Assembly: GCA_963783575.1 (NCBI GenBank) | Contig: CAWAOD010000005.1 | Span: 352,001 to 416,000 of the forward strand | Length of the DNA: 64,000 bases | Direction: 5' to 3' | Source: an uncultured Spirochaetota bacterium | GTDB lineage: Bacteria; Spirochaetota; Brevinematia; Brevinematales; JAOACQ01 | In this document: piece by piece, positions 39,129 through 50,144 of the stretch | Layout: the number at the start of each line of letters is the position of its first letter | How positions within the stretch are numbered: position 1 is the stretch's first letter | Notes under the pieces: model-generated | What the model saw: the letters and a program-made list of their open reading frames with translations, nothing else | Told to the model about the DNA's origin: nothing | Database searches by the model: none | Made by a program: the position numbers and the translations under genes

Positions 39129-39511
39129 TTATATTTTAATATTCAGCTCAAATTCTACAATTGTTTTTATGATATATTGTGCAATTTCTGATATATCTGT
39201 ATTGATATCAAATTCATTTTCCCTAAATTCTATGTTCTCACCAGAGTGCGATGGATAGGTTAGAACTATATAACCTTTCAGAGTTTTATCATCATAGTAA
39301 TTTTTCAATTCGATCTTATCTTTCAAGTTAGCTGCAAATTCTTCAGGCAGTCCTTTCCAGATAGCGTCTATAATCTCATCAGTTTATCCAAAATCTTCTT
39401 AAGATTATCTGAAACTATATTATTTCCCGGTTGATCGGCTCCCCGTATAAGCTGGTGTCTTAGGTTGATTATTAGCTTGATTAATTCATCATATGATTCT
39501 TTCTCAGACAT
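39129..39511 (-). CDS. Hypothetical protein of about 127 aa between kdpC and kdpD, with an apparent 1-bp deletion near 39383-39385
   Basis: MSEKESYDELIK...KKILDK joins TDEIIDAIWKG...LKDKIELK if one A is added. Confidence 0.5.
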
Positions 39512-39583
39512 AAAATATCTTCCACAATAAATATTTAATATATTAACTTTTGGTATAAAGTAACTGTATTTTTATCAAGCAAT

Positions 39584-40144
39584 TTAGTTAACACCGGCCA
39601 ATTTATCAAGGGCTAAATTTAGCTTTAGCACATTCACTTTTTGCTCCGATAGTATGTTTTCCCTGTTACTTAAAATTAAAATTTTTACATCGTTAATATT
39701 AAGATTACGTATTTTTGCTATTCTACCGGCTTGAATCATGGCATTTGAAACACTTATATCGGGATCGAGGCCGCTCGCGGAAGCCAGCGCCATATCCGCC
39801 GGGATGGCAGCGCCTTCAGGTAAATTATTTATTCTGCGGATATCAAGGATACGGTTACTGACCATATTAATCAAATTGGAACTGGTTGGGCCATAATTAT
39901 AACCGCCGGAATTCGTCGCGTCATAATCGCTTGCCGAAGGCCGGCCCCAGAAATATATATCATTGGTAAAAAGCTGGCCGATCAGCCCCGATCCGGCAAT
40001 TTTACCGTTTCGCATTACCAGGCTTCCGTTCGACTGCTTCGGAAAAGCTATCTGTGCAATTCCGGTTATGAGAAACGGGTAGACTAAACCGGTTAGAACG
40101 GTAAATACAATTAATATTATTATGGATTGTATGATTAATTTCAT
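39584..40144 (-). CDS. kdpC: K+-transporting ATPase subunit C
   Basis: GSGLIGQ, YFWGRPSA, ASASGLDPDIS, VNVLKLNLALD. Confidence 0.95.
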   Translation of the reverse strand: MKLIIQSIIILIVFTVLTGLVYPFLITGIAQIAFPKQSNGSLVMRNGKIAGSGLIGQLFTNDIYFWGRPSASDYDATNSGGYNYGPTSSNLINMVSNRILDIRRINNLPEGAAIPADMALASASGLDPDISVSNAMIQAGRIAKIRNLNINDVKILILSNRENILSEQKVNVLKLNLALDKLAGVN

Positions 40145-40153
40145 AAATTTCTC

Positions 40154-42205
40154 CTATTTGAATAATTGCAGGAACATATCGATAAGCTTAATCCCGGGAA
40201 ACGGCAAAATAACGCCTCCGAAACCGTAGATAAGAAGGTTCCTCCATAAAAGGGAGACAGCCGATTGAGTTCTGTACTTGACCCCGCGCAACGCAAGGGG
40301 AATCAGTAAAGGTATGATTATCGCATTGAAAATAACGGCTGCAAGAATTGCAGATTCCGGATTTGCCAGGTGCATAATATTCAATATGCCCAGCGCCGGA
40401 AATGCCACCATAAACATAGCCGGAACGATGGCAAAATACTTTGACACATCATTAGCTATGCTGAAGGTCGTAAGAGCTCCGCGTGTAATAAGAATTTCCT
40501 TACCTATTTCAACAATGTCAAGAAGCTTTGTTGGGTTGGAATCAAGGTCGATCATATTCGACGCTTCCCTTGCAACCTGGGTGCCTGCGTTCATTGCGAC
40601 TGCGACATCCGCCTGGGCGAGAGCAGGAGCGTCGTTCGTACCGTCGCCGATCATCGCAACCAGAAAACCGTCAGCCTGGTATTTACGGATCATCTCAAGC
40701 TTCATTTCGGGTTTTGCCTGCGCTATGAAATCATCTATTCCTGCCTCAGCTGCTATGGTAGCGGCTGTAAGCTGGTTATCTCCCGTAATCATAACGGATT
40801 TTATACCCATTTTACGGAGATGAGCAAGCCTTTCCTTAATACCTACTTTAAGAATGTCCGACAGGCGGATTACTCCCAAAACATTTCCGTCTTCAGCTAC
40901 GACCAGCGGTGTTCCGCCCTTTTCCGAGATATTTCTGACATTTGAACGTACAGATTCGTCGATTTTAGCATTTTTTGATTGTACCAGGGCTTCAATAGCT
41001 TCAAAAGAGCCTTTTCGTATCTCTTTTCCTTCCATATCTATACCGCTCATCCGGCTTTCTGCAGTGAAGGGGATGAATTTTGCGTTTTCAGGGACTTTAA
41101 TATCCCTTCCGCGGATATTGAGCGTTTCTTTAGCAAGGGTCAGGATGCTTCTGCCTTCGGGTGTTTCATCCGCAAGGGAAGCAAAGAGAGATTTTCTGGC
41201 CAGTTCTTCCATGGTAACACCATCGGCGGGAAGGAATTTTTTGGCCATCCTGTTTCCAAGGGTTATTGTACCTGTTTTATCGAGAAGAACAATACTTACA
41301 TCACCGGATGCTTCAACTGCACGTCCGGAAAGGGCAATTACGTTCCTTTCGATCAAGCGGTCCATGCCGGCAATTCCGATTGCAGGGAGAAGCGCGCCGA
41401 TTGTTGTCGGCATAAGGCAGACAAGCAGTGCAACAAGTACCGGCACGGTTACATATACGCCGGAATATTTGTTATAAAGTATCAGCGTTATAACAACTAT
41501 TATAAACAATATTGTCAGCCCTACAAGAAGTATTTCCAGGGCGATTTCATTCGGGGTCTTCTGCCGTTTAGCGCCTTCCACCATGGAAATCATTGTGTCA
41601 AGAAAGCTTTCTCCGGGATTGCTGGTGATCTTTATTTTAAGTATACCCTCGATTATTTTTGTTCCGCCCGTCACTCCGCTTCTGTCGCCGCCGGCTTCCC
41701 TGATTACCGGCGCCGATTCACCCGTTATCGCCGATTCATCCACAAGTGCCGTCCCCTCGACAATTTCACCGTCTCCTGCAATTAGCTCACCCTTTCCGAC
41801 AAGAATAAAGTCGTCTTTTATCAGGCTTAGTGCCGGTATTTCCTGGATGTTACCGGGATTCCCGGTTGTTGCTTTTTCCGTTATCTTATGGGCCATCATT
41901 GTGCTTCTCGTGCTTTTCAATTCTTCCGTCTGGGCTTTTCCGCGGCTTTCTGCGATTGCCTCGGCAAAATTTGAAAAGATCACTGTAAACCATAACCATA
42001 AGCTGATGTTTAGATTGAATAAATAAGGCTGATTCTTAACAATATTAATAATTGTAATGAACGTTGTTATTACAGCGCCGATCTCTACAACAAACATAAC
42101 TATATTACGGATCATAATCAAAGGGTTCAATCTTATAAAGGATTCTTTTAGGGCATCCAGCAATATCGGTTTCCAATCTATATGTTTCATTTTTTCAACT
42201 GACAT
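40154..42205 (-). CDS. kdpB: K+-transporting ATPase subunit B
   Basis: [29 protein letters not shown]. Confidence 0.97.
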   Translation of the reverse strand: MSVEKMKHIDWKPILLDALKESFIRLNPLIMIRNIVMFVVEIGAVITTFITIINIVKNQPYLFNLNISLWLWFTVIFSNFAEAIAESRGKAQTEELKSTRSTMMAHKITEKATTGNPGNIQEIPALSLIKDDFILVGKGELIAGDGEIVEGTALVDESAITGESAPVIREAGGDRSGVTGGTKIIEGILKIKITSNPGESFLDTMISMVEGAKRQKTPNEIALEILLVGLTILFIIVVITLILYNKYSGVYVTVPVLVALLVCLMPTTIGALLPAIGIAGMDRLIERNVIALSGRAVEASGDVSIVLLDKTGTITLGNRMAKKFLPADGVTMEELARKSLFASLADETPEGRSILTLAKETLNIRGRDIKVPENAKFIPFTAESRMSGIDMEGKEIRKGSFEAIEALVQSKNAKIDESVRSNVRNISEKGGTPLVVAEDGNVLGVIRLSDILKVGIKERLAHLRKMGIKSVMITGDNQLTAATIAAEAGIDDFIAQAKPEMKLEMIRKYQADGFLVAMIGDGTNDAPALAQADVAVAMNAGTQVAREASNMIDLDSNPTKLLDIVEIGKEILITRGALTTFSIANDVSKYFAIVPAMFMVAFPALGILNIMHLANPESAILAAVIFNAIIIPLLIPLALRGVKYRTQSAVSLLWRNLLIYGFGGVILPFPGIKLIDMFLQLFK

Positions 42206-42216
42206 ATTTTACCTCC

Positions 42217-43919
42217 TTAAAATAATTTTATTGAATGCATAAAGAGATGTTCGAGTATTGGTCCCAGGGTAAACGGCATAAAGAAAGTCAGCCCGCCGAA
42301 AACAATAACAATAAAGACCAGCATAATGACAAAGAGTGGTGTGGCTGTCCTGAATGTTGCAGGAGTATCGGCTATAAATTTTTTCTTGGCAAGAGAACCT
42401 GCTATGGCTAATGCCGGTATTATTGTTGAGAAACGTCCAATCAGCATAGCAAAGCCTATAAACAGGTTATAAAATACGGTATTGGCATTCAGCCCGGCAA
42501 AAGCAGAACCGTTGTTCCCAAATGGGGACGCAAAATCATAAAGAATTTCCGAGAGGCCTCTCGGGCCGAATTATTCAGGCTCGACAATCCCACCGGAAGA
42601 ACACATGCTATTGACGAAAATATCAATACGCACATCGGGGCTGTAATCATACCGATCAAGGTCATTACCATTTCGTAAGGGTCCAGTTTTTTATTATAAA
42701 TTTCCGGTGTTCGACCGATCATAAGCCCGGCAAGATACATAGTCATGAAGGCATAATAAAGCATACTGATTATACCAACGCCCACACCTCCGAAAATTAT
42801 CTCCCCAATACCCATATTGAACATCTGGATTAAACCGGTCATTGGGAGCATGCTTTCATGCATGGAATTAACAGCGCCAGTGGATGTTACCGTTGTAGCG
42901 ATGCTGAAAAAAACCGATGTAAATATTCCGAACCGGGTTTCCTTCCCTTCCATGTTCGCGCCATTGGTGATGCCAAGCCTTGCCAGGTTTGGATTTCCTT
43001 TGAATTCAAAGTATACGGCTCCCGCAATTCCTGCTAACAGCAGGATAAACATTGCCATAAACAGGGCTATTCCCTTACCCCGGCTTTTCATTAAAAAGCC
43101 GAACATAAATGGAAATGCGAAAGGAAGCAAAAGCAGGCTCAGGATTTCCAAAAAATTTGTGAAAAAGTTCGGATTTTCAAAAGGGTGGGATGAATTCGCG
43201 TTGAAAAAGCCTCCGCCGTTGTTTCCCAATTCCTTGATCGCCTCCTGCATAGCTACCGGTCCTACGGCAATGACCTGCTCCTTACCCTGAAGGGTTGAAG
43301 CATGCGCATATCCTCCCAGAGTCTGAACCACACCCTGAGAGACAAGGATTAATGAAAGAATAATTGAAAGAGGGATCAATATATAAAGAACAGTACGCGT
43401 CAGGTCCACCCAAAAATTCCCGATCGTCTCAGAATTCTTCCTGGTAAATCCGCGGAAAAGTGCAAGTGCTGCGCCAAAACCCGTAGCCGCCGAAAGAAAA
43501 TTCTGCACTGTCATTCCGGCCATCTGCGTAAGATAACTCATTGTACTTTCACCGGCGTATGACTGCCAGTTGGTATTGGTCATAAAAGAAATAGCTGCAT
43601 TGAGCGCTGTATCCCATCGTACGGGACCCATTTTTTGCGGATTGAAAGGTAAATAATTTTGTATTAACTCTATAATGAAAAGCATAAGAAATCCAGCCGC
43701 ATTAAACAAGATCAAAGCAAGTGAATATTTTTTCCAGTTCATTTCCTCGGCGGGATCTATACCGCTTATACGGTATATCAACTTTTCCAGAGGCAGGAAC
43801 ACGGGCGTCAAAATCGTCTTTTCGCCGTCAAAAACCCTGGCCATAAACTTTCCTATCAGCACTGCCAGTGTGATCAGAACAGCGAAAAATATTAATAAAT
43901 ATACAAGATTACCGGCCAT
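42217..43919 (-). CDS. kdpA: K+-transporting ATPase subunit A, with an apparent 1-bp deletion near 42566
   Basis: [30 protein letters not shown]; adding one G gives [13 protein letters not shown]...NNGSAFAG continuing into MLIGRF. Confidence 0.92.
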
Positions 43920-44086
43920 ATTAAAACCTCCTTTTATCCTATAGGCTGCGTTATTTCTTGAGATTCATGAAAAAATAATAAACTTTTACATGAATTTCAA
44001 CCGGTAATTAAAAAGATGGTTTAATCTGTCGGTTTATTTTATATATTAAATATTAATCATATTAAAGTCAAATTTTTTATTCGGGG

Positions 44087-45355
44087 CTATTTTTTTAACA
44101 ATGTCTGGAATACCGGGGATATAAACAGAATCGTGCTCAATATAATTAAAATAACTGTTGTAGTCCAGCCGGTTACATTCTGAAACAGATTATTCCTATG
44201 TTCTCCCATCACTTCCGGTTTACTCACTATTATCATCATACAGATAAGAACTACCGGCAAAAGTACTCCATTCAGAACCTGGGACCAGACGGTTATCAGT
44301 ATCAGCGGAGCGTTCGGAAGCAGGATTATGACGACTGCGATCAGCATTATAAACGTAAAAAGCGCATAAAATTGAGGAGCCTCGCTGAATTTTTTATTGA
44401 TCCCTGCTTCAAACCCGAAAGCTTCGCATACATAAAAAGCTGTTGCTATCGGAAGGATTGCCGCGGCAAATATGGAAGCTATAAAAAGCCCAAAAGCAAA
44501 AAGAGCGGACGCAAAAGCCCCGGCCAGAGGTTTAAGCGCGACTGCCGCGTCTTTTGCTTCATTAATCTGTATACCGTTGATATGCAGTGTTGCAGCGCAG
44601 GCGACAACAATAAAAAAAGCCACAATAATTGTGATAATGCTTCCTATGATAACATCCCAGACCGTAAATTTATAATCATCGATGCTGATACCCTTTTCGA
44701 TAACAGCCGACTGCATATAAAACTGCATCCAAGGCGCGATTGTGGTACCAACAACTCCTACCACCATACTTATATAATCAGTATTCATTTCAAATCCTGG
44801 TTTTATTAAGGCCGATCCGATATCATGCCAGTTCGGCTTTGCCATCAAAGCGGAAACAATATAAGAAAGTAGAAAAAAACTGAAAACCAGGAATATCCTC
44901 TCAGAGACTTTATAATCTCCTTTAACAACAAATATCCATACTCCAATCGCCGCTACCGGAACAGAGATGTATTTGCTGATACCGAAAACCATCATGCTCC
45001 CTGCTACTCCTGCAAGTTCGGTTGCAGTATTTCCGATGTCTGCAATTAGCAAAAAAACAAATATGAAAAAAGTGACTTTAACCCCGAAATTTTCCCTTAT
45101 CAGATCGGCAAGACCTTTGCCTGTTACAATTCCCATCCTGGCGTTCATTTCCTGCACAGTAACAAGAACTACCAGAGACGGTATCAAAACCCATAGCAGG
45201 TGATAACCGTAGATTGAACCTGCAAGGGAATAAGTCGTTATGCCTCCGGCGTCATTATCTACACTGCCGGTTATTATTCCCGGCCCAAGAATGCTTAAGA
45301 ATAACAGGATATTTCTGATTGCGGGATTTTCCTTTATTGTCTGAAATATTCTCAT
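44087..45355 (-). CDS. NRAMP-related divalent metal (probably Mg2+) transporter
   Basis: GPGII..VDNDAGGITTYS, QEMNARMGIVTGKGL, VGTTIAPW. Confidence 0.85.
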   Translation of the reverse strand: MRIFQTIKENPAIRNILLFLSILGPGIITGSVDNDAGGITTYSLAGSIYGYHLLWVLIPSLVVLVTVQEMNARMGIVTGKGLADLIRENFGVKVTFFIFVFLLIADIGNTATELAGVAGSMMVFGISKYISVPVAAIGVWIFVVKGDYKVSERIFLVFSFFLLSYIVSALMAKPNWHDIGSALIKPGFEMNTDYISMVVGVVGTTIAPWMQFYMQSAVIEKGISIDDYKFTVWDVIIGSIITIIVAFFIVVACAATLHINGIQINEAKDAAVALKPLAGAFASALFAFGLFIASIFAAAILPIATAFYVCEAFGFEAGINKKFSEAPQFYALFTFIMLIAVVIILLPNAPLILITVWSQVLNGVLLPVVLICMMIIVSKPEVMGEHRNNLFQNVTGWTTTVILIILSTILFISPVFQTLLKK

Positions 45356-45432
45356 CTTGCCCTCCCGCCGAATGCATCTGTGAACATAATTATTTTACTC
45401 TATTAATATACCAGTTTTATATTTCTTTCAAG

Positions 45433-45600
45433 AATTAGCCGAAAGTCGATTAATTATTTAGTCTGTCAAATGGATGATAAGTCCTTTTGTCATAAGCAAT
45501 TATATCTGAATACCGCTATTCAATTGGATAACTATATGACTAACTGACTAATTCACTGGCCGACTGACTGGCTAGCCAGCTTTCGACTAACAGACTAAGT
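45433..45600. repeat. Degenerate AGTC/GACT inverted array, site 3
   Basis: TTAGCCGAAAG (45435-45445) pairs with CTTTCGACTAA; 18-mer CTTTCGACTAACAGACTA identical at 45580-45597 and 30424-30441. Confidence 0.7.
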
Positions 45601-45607
45601 GTCTGGC

Positions 45608-45657
45608 AAAAAAAGCCTGATAACGAACCGCCAGTAAAAGCGGCCCGGAATCAGGCT
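45608..45657 (-). terminator. Intrinsic terminator after tRNA-Glu
   Basis: Minus strand AGCCTGAT...CCGC-loop-GCGG...ATCAGGC followed by T7. Confidence 0.6.
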
Positions 45658-45666
45658 CTGCGGGCT

Positions 45667-45738
45667 TACCCCCGGGGGGAATCGAACCCCCGCTGCAAGG
45701 ATGAAAACCTTGTGTCCTAACCACTAGACGACGGGGGC
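45667..45738 (-). tRNA. tRNA-Glu (TTC); CCA not encoded
   Basis: GCCCCCG/CGGGGGT acceptor stem, D-loop TAGTGG, anticodon arm CAAGG-TTTTCAT-CCTTG, T-loop GGTTCGATTCC. Confidence 0.96.
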
Positions 45739-45904
45739 GGGGTTGTTATAAAATCAACAGGAAAATATTATATAACAATATCTTTTGATTGTCAAAAAAG
45801 GAAGGGATACCGGAAACTTTAATTTGACAAATCATTGCATTTTGATTAGAATTAAAAAATTCAATTAAATAATTCTGGAAATTAAATGCCATGGAGAAAA
45901 TCGT

Positions 45905-46873
45905 ATGCCTCTTAAATTGATTTTTTTCCTAACCATAATATGCGTTAGTAGCTCTTTTGCGAATGATAATTACAACAATTTAATTCTTTATGCCGGAGAA
46001 ACAGAATCTACAAATTACTCTAATGCCTTAAAACTTTATGGCCTGGCAATACAAATTGATCCGGACAATCCGGAAGCTTACATAAGAAGAGGAGTCCTGC
46101 TTTATTCCCATAGCGATTATATATCGTCTTACAGGGATTTTAAAACTGCGGTCAAAATTGAGCCAAACAAGGATAAAAAGCAATCCGAAATTAAGTCAAT
46201 CGACTATCTAACCTGTACAAGGTTCATCGGAAGCAATGCAGAAGAAGAATCTAAAAAAGCGATGGACCTGATAATGAAGGGAGATTCGAAAGAAGCTATT
46301 CTGGTTCTTTTAGACTTAATTATTACCAATACTCAGAATGCCTTTATTTATTATCAACTTGGATATGCCTGGACTGAATTGAAAGATTATTCAAAAGCAT
46401 CCGATTATCTAGAAAAAGGTCGTCTTGTCAACCCGGTATATGAAAATATCCTGCTTGAATTAAAATATGTCTATTCAGAAACAAAGAAACTTGAAAAACT
46501 TGATGAAGTAATTAATGATCTAATGAATTTTTATGGAGAAAATCCAGTTCTATACCAGGATCTAGGCTTTGCATACGCGGAGTCGGGTAATTTCGGCAGA
46601 GCAGCTCAGGTATTTGAAACCAGTATTAATAAATTTTCAGACTATTATATAACTTATTTTATCCTTGGGCAGATATATTATCAGACCGGAAAATTCGAAA
46701 GTGCAAAAATATATTTACGAAAATTTTATTACAAAGTCAATCAAAGTGATTTTGATAAGTATAAAATCGATGAAGATATAAGTGCTTACAAGCTTAGGGC
46801 AAAAATCATGCTTGACGATATGAGTAACTATTCTGCCAGCTCAAGCAGCCAAGGGAGCAGGGATGCTCCATGA
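45905..46873 (+). CDS. Secreted TPR-repeat protein
   Basis: Signal peptide; TPR motifs (AIQIDPDNPEAYIRRG, YYQLGYAW, YQDLGFAY). Confidence 0.8.
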   Translation: MPLKLIFFLTIICVSSSFANDNYNNLILYAGETESTNYSNALKLYGLAIQIDPDNPEAYIRRGVLLYSHSDYISSYRDFKTAVKIEPNKDKKQSEIKSIDYLTCTRFIGSNAEEESKKAMDLIMKGDSKEAILVLLDLIITNTQNAFIYYQLGYAWTELKDYSKASDYLEKGRLVNPVYENILLELKYVYSETKKLEKLDEVINDLMNFYGENPVLYQDLGFAYAESGNFGRAAQVFETSINKFSDYYITYFILGQIYYQTGKFESAKIYLRKFYYKVNQSDFDKYKIDEDISAYKLRAKIMLDDMSNYSASSSSQGSRDAP

Positions 46874-47057
46874 TAGCCTTTATTATTTAATGATATTGTC
46901 GAACGTAAGTTCGACAGCGCAACGATTGCGCATAGTTCGACAGCGGCACGAGGTCACACTAACTCAAGCAGCCAAGGGGACACGGATGTTCCATGATATC
47001 TTCTATTAATTTAATAATATTGCTGAACGCAAGTTCGGCAGCGACACGAGGTCGCAC
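46840..47057 (+). repeat. Tandem pair of structured repeat units related to the island spacer 3' module
   Basis: Units start CTCAAGCAGCCAAGGG at 46840 and 46963; share GGATG(C/T)TCCATGATA and GCG(A/G)CACGAGGTC(G/A)CAC with 15478-15559. Confidence 0.85.
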
Positions 47058-47148
47058 ATTTCAGTTATAATTTTGATATTCCGAAAAGTAGATGGGTTCT
47101 TGATAATGCATTTAGAATAAACGGAGTCAGAGATAAGAGGGATTATTT

Positions 47149-48375
47149 ATGAAATACAATATACAGGGAGGATTGATTGCCACACCTGAGCTTATCTTAC
47201 AGAATGCAGCGCTTGTTATTGAAAATAATTTTATAAAACAAATTGGGAAACCAGATCCTTCGGCTGATTTTAATATAAATCTTGACAAGGACGATATAAT
47301 TCTTCCTGCTTTAATAAATGCGCATGACCATCTATTAGGATCATACTATCCGAAAGTCGGTAACGGACCATACATGAACTGGCTTTCCTGGGATAATGAT
47401 TTAAAAAGTCATGAATTATATTTTGAAAGAAGTAAAATCTCCAATGAAGATCTTTACTTACTTGGTTCATACAAAAATCTTATATCCGGTGCCGTTACAG
47501 TATCCGATCACATACCTCACTCTGTTAATGAAAAAATGATTGATAAAATGCCTGTAAGAATAATAAAAGACTATTCTCTGGAACATGAATGTTCAAGTTA
47601 CGATTTAAAATGGGGAAGAGGAATTACAATTGAACATAAAGAGGCAAAAGAAAAGAATATCCCTTTTATCACGCATCTTGAGGAGGGTTTTGATGAAGAA
47701 GCAACACTCGGTGTTGATATTCTTAAAGAACTTAAAGTCCTGGATGAGAATACAGTTCTGATTCATGGAATTTCTTTCTCTGATTCTGATATCGATGAGA
47801 TTGCGGCAGGAAATGTGAATGTAGTGTGGTGTCCTTCATCAAATTATTATATGTTCAAGGAAACGGTCAATATAAAGAGACTTCTCAAAAAAAATGTAAA
47901 TGTGTCCCTGGGGACTGATTCACCTATGTCAGGCGGCTTGAATATTCTCGAAGAATTGAGGTTTGCCCGGGACCTTTATTATAAAATGTATAATGAAATT
48001 TTAGATGATAAAATTCTTATCAGGATGGTAACCGTTAACCCGGCCAGGTCTCTTCGAATGAGCCGCCAGGGTAAAATAGAGCCGGGGTATTCTTCTGACA
48101 TCCTCGTATTGTCCGGCGGAGATCCTAAAAATCCATATAAAACGCTTATTAATAGCTGGTTTAACGAGATAAAACTGGTTACCAGAAATGGGACTCCTAT
48201 TTATGGAAGCGAAGAATTCACGGATATATTTAAAAGATTCAAATATAATTATCAGACGGTTAATATTAATGGTGTAAAAAAAATATTAATAGGCAAACCG
48301 CTTGACCTTTGTAAAAGAATATGGGAAAATGTTGGGTTCAAAAAAGAATTACCTTTTTTTCCTGTAGAATTTTAA
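47149..48375 (+). CDS. Metal-dependent amidohydrolase (deaminase-like)
   Basis: LINAHDHL, THLEEG, LIHG, WCPSSN, SLGTDS, TVNPA. Confidence 0.88.
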   Translation: MKYNIQGGLIATPELILQNAALVIENNFIKQIGKPDPSADFNINLDKDDIILPALINAHDHLLGSYYPKVGNGPYMNWLSWDNDLKSHELYFERSKISNEDLYLLGSYKNLISGAVTVSDHIPHSVNEKMIDKMPVRIIKDYSLEHECSSYDLKWGRGITIEHKEAKEKNIPFITHLEEGFDEEATLGVDILKELKVLDENTVLIHGISFSDSDIDEIAAGNVNVVWCPSSNYYMFKETVNIKRLLKKNVNVSLGTDSPMSGGLNILEELRFARDLYYKMYNEILDDKILIRMVTVNPARSLRMSRQGKIEPGYSSDILVLSGGDPKNPYKTLINSWFNEIKLVTRNGTPIYGSEEFTDIFKRFKYNYQTVNINGVKKILIGKPLDLCKRIWENVGFKKELPFFPVEF

Positions 48376-48415
48376 GTACATTTATAACTGATTATATCAA
48401 TTAAGAAGGTTAATA

Positions 48416-49462
48416 ATGCCTTTTGAAAGAAGATATACCGAAGGTTCAATTATTTACTTTGATCATGAAAAGGGTGACAACATTTATATATTAAAATCGG
48501 GAAGGGTTGATTTAAGTTATATTCAGCCTGAAAGCGGTGAGAAGATTACAAAAACATTGAGCCTGGGAGAGTTTTACGGGCTTAAATCCGCAATAATCAA
48601 TCATACACGCGATGAGATTGCCGAATCCATTACAGAATCGGTATCTATCGAGTTCAAGATTCCCGAATTTGAAACATATGTTTCAAAAAATGTCGAACTG
48701 ATGAAGCGCCTGCTCAGGGTTCTTTCAAATCAACTGCGCAATCTTGGGATTAAAGTAAACAACTACCTGGGGAACAATGTCCTGTATCCGCCTAATATTG
48801 GATTATTTAAGATAGGCGAATATTATTTAAATAATCAGCAGTATAAGCAGGCAGTCCAGGTTTATCAGCGTTACTGCGAACAATATCCTGATACGAACAT
48901 TATGGAGGAGGCAAAATACAGGATATCTATAAGTGAAGAAGCTTTACGCACCGGTTTTTTAAAAGACTTTAAACCGATTGACCAGATTATTGAAAGCGAT
49001 GTGAACGGAGGCGGAACAATCATTGAGGTTGCCGATAAAAAAGAAAGTATGGTCAATGTTCATTCAGCGCTTGGCATTAGAGAATTCATGGATAAATATT
49101 ATAAAGCTCAATCATTTTATAACGGCGAGGATTATGCGAATGCCGAAAAGAACCTTAAGGAATTGTTCGGTGTGGATGTAACGATGGCAAATCCGGATAT
49201 GGTCACAAACGCAAAACTAATGTATTTCAGCACACTATATAAACTTCAGAAGTTTAACGAATGCAGCCAGGAAGTTACCGAATTCCTAAAAAAGGTAAAG
49301 GAACCGTCGATTATTAAAAAGACTCTTTTCATACTTGCCGATATTTATAAAAGTCTTGGAAATATTGATGGGGAAAAATCAATTCTTCAGAAAATAGTGA
49401 TAATGCCTCCGGTGGACGATCTTTCCAGAGCGGCTAAACAAAGAGCGGATAATATTAGGTAG
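48416..49462 (+). CDS. Cyclic-nucleotide-binding domain plus TPR protein
   Basis: IYILKSGRV...GEFYG...R; C-terminal TPR/BamD-like helices. Confidence 0.8.
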   Translation: MPFERRYTEGSIIYFDHEKGDNIYILKSGRVDLSYIQPESGEKITKTLSLGEFYGLKSAIINHTRDEIAESITESVSIEFKIPEFETYVSKNVELMKRLLRVLSNQLRNLGIKVNNYLGNNVLYPPNIGLFKIGEYYLNNQQYKQAVQVYQRYCEQYPDTNIMEEAKYRISISEEALRTGFLKDFKPIDQIIESDVNGGGTIIEVADKKESMVNVHSALGIREFMDKYYKAQSFYNGEDYANAEKNLKELFGVDVTMANPDMVTNAKLMYFSTLYKLQKFNECSQEVTEFLKKVKEPSIIKKTLFILADIYKSLGNIDGEKSILQKIVIMPPVDDLSRAAKQRADNIR

Positions 49463-49471
49463 GCGGACTTT

Positions 49472-50131
49472 ATGGGAGAAGAAGTACTGGATAAATATGA
49501 GAAATCATTTAATCCGGGTGATATAATTTTTTGTGAATATGAAAAAGGCGACGAATTCTATATTATAAAAGAAGGTAAGGTCAGAATTACAAAAATCCAG
49601 GACAACAAGGAAAAAACTCTCGACATTATGGAGCCGCCGGCCATTTTTGGTGAAATGGCAATTATAGAGGATGCTCCAAGAAGCGCAACCGTTATTGCAG
49701 AAACACCGGTAAAGCTAGTCGTGTTAAGAAAACAGAATTTTAATGAACTGCTGGTATCGAACCCAAAATGGGCTTTATCACTGATTAAGATTCTCAGCAA
49801 AAGAATTTTTGATTCACAAAGACGGCTTGAGATCCTATCACTGAAAGAAAATGAATCCAAGGTCCTTGATACGATATTAATGCTGGTCGAATGGAAAGGG
49901 ATTGTCCCAGCGACATACCAGGATACAAAACCTATCGATCTTGAGAATACTAAAACCGATGATGTTGCACACTGGTGCGGGCTTGATATCCGTGAGGTTG
50001 AAAAATATATTATCCGGTACATCAATATGGGCAGGCTGGAAAGAACCGGAGGCAAACTTGTTGTTAAAAACCTGCCGGATATTTATAGAATGGTAAGAAA
50101 CAAAAGGAAACTTCAGGAAAAAGAAACATAA
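49472..50131 (+). CDS. Crp/Fnr-family regulator
   Basis: FYIIKEGKVRI, IFGEMAIIEDAPRSATV, C-terminal HTH-like DVAHWCGL. Confidence 0.85.
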   Translation: MGEEVLDKYEKSFNPGDIIFCEYEKGDEFYIIKEGKVRITKIQDNKEKTLDIMEPPAIFGEMAIIEDAPRSATVIAETPVKLVVLRKQNFNELLVSNPKWALSLIKILSKRIFDSQRRLEILSLKENESKVLDTILMLVEWKGIVPATYQDTKPIDLENTKTDDVAHWCGLDIREVEKYIIRYINMGRLERTGGKLVVKNLPDIYRMVRNKRKLQEKET

Positions 50132-50144
50132 TATTTTAGAATCA

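Noticed and set aside
43920..44086. c-di-AMP riboswitch or kdpF before kdpA
   Set aside because: AT-rich, no ydaO-like motifs and no convincing hydrophobic small ORF.
40278..44809. Long antisense ORFs over kdpAB and the NRAMP gene, and similar shadows elsewhere
   Set aside because: Opposite-strand shadows of well-supported genes, with no recognisable motifs.
45667..45738. tRNA as an integration site
   Set aside because: No duplicated tRNA 3' end or integrase noticed in the window.
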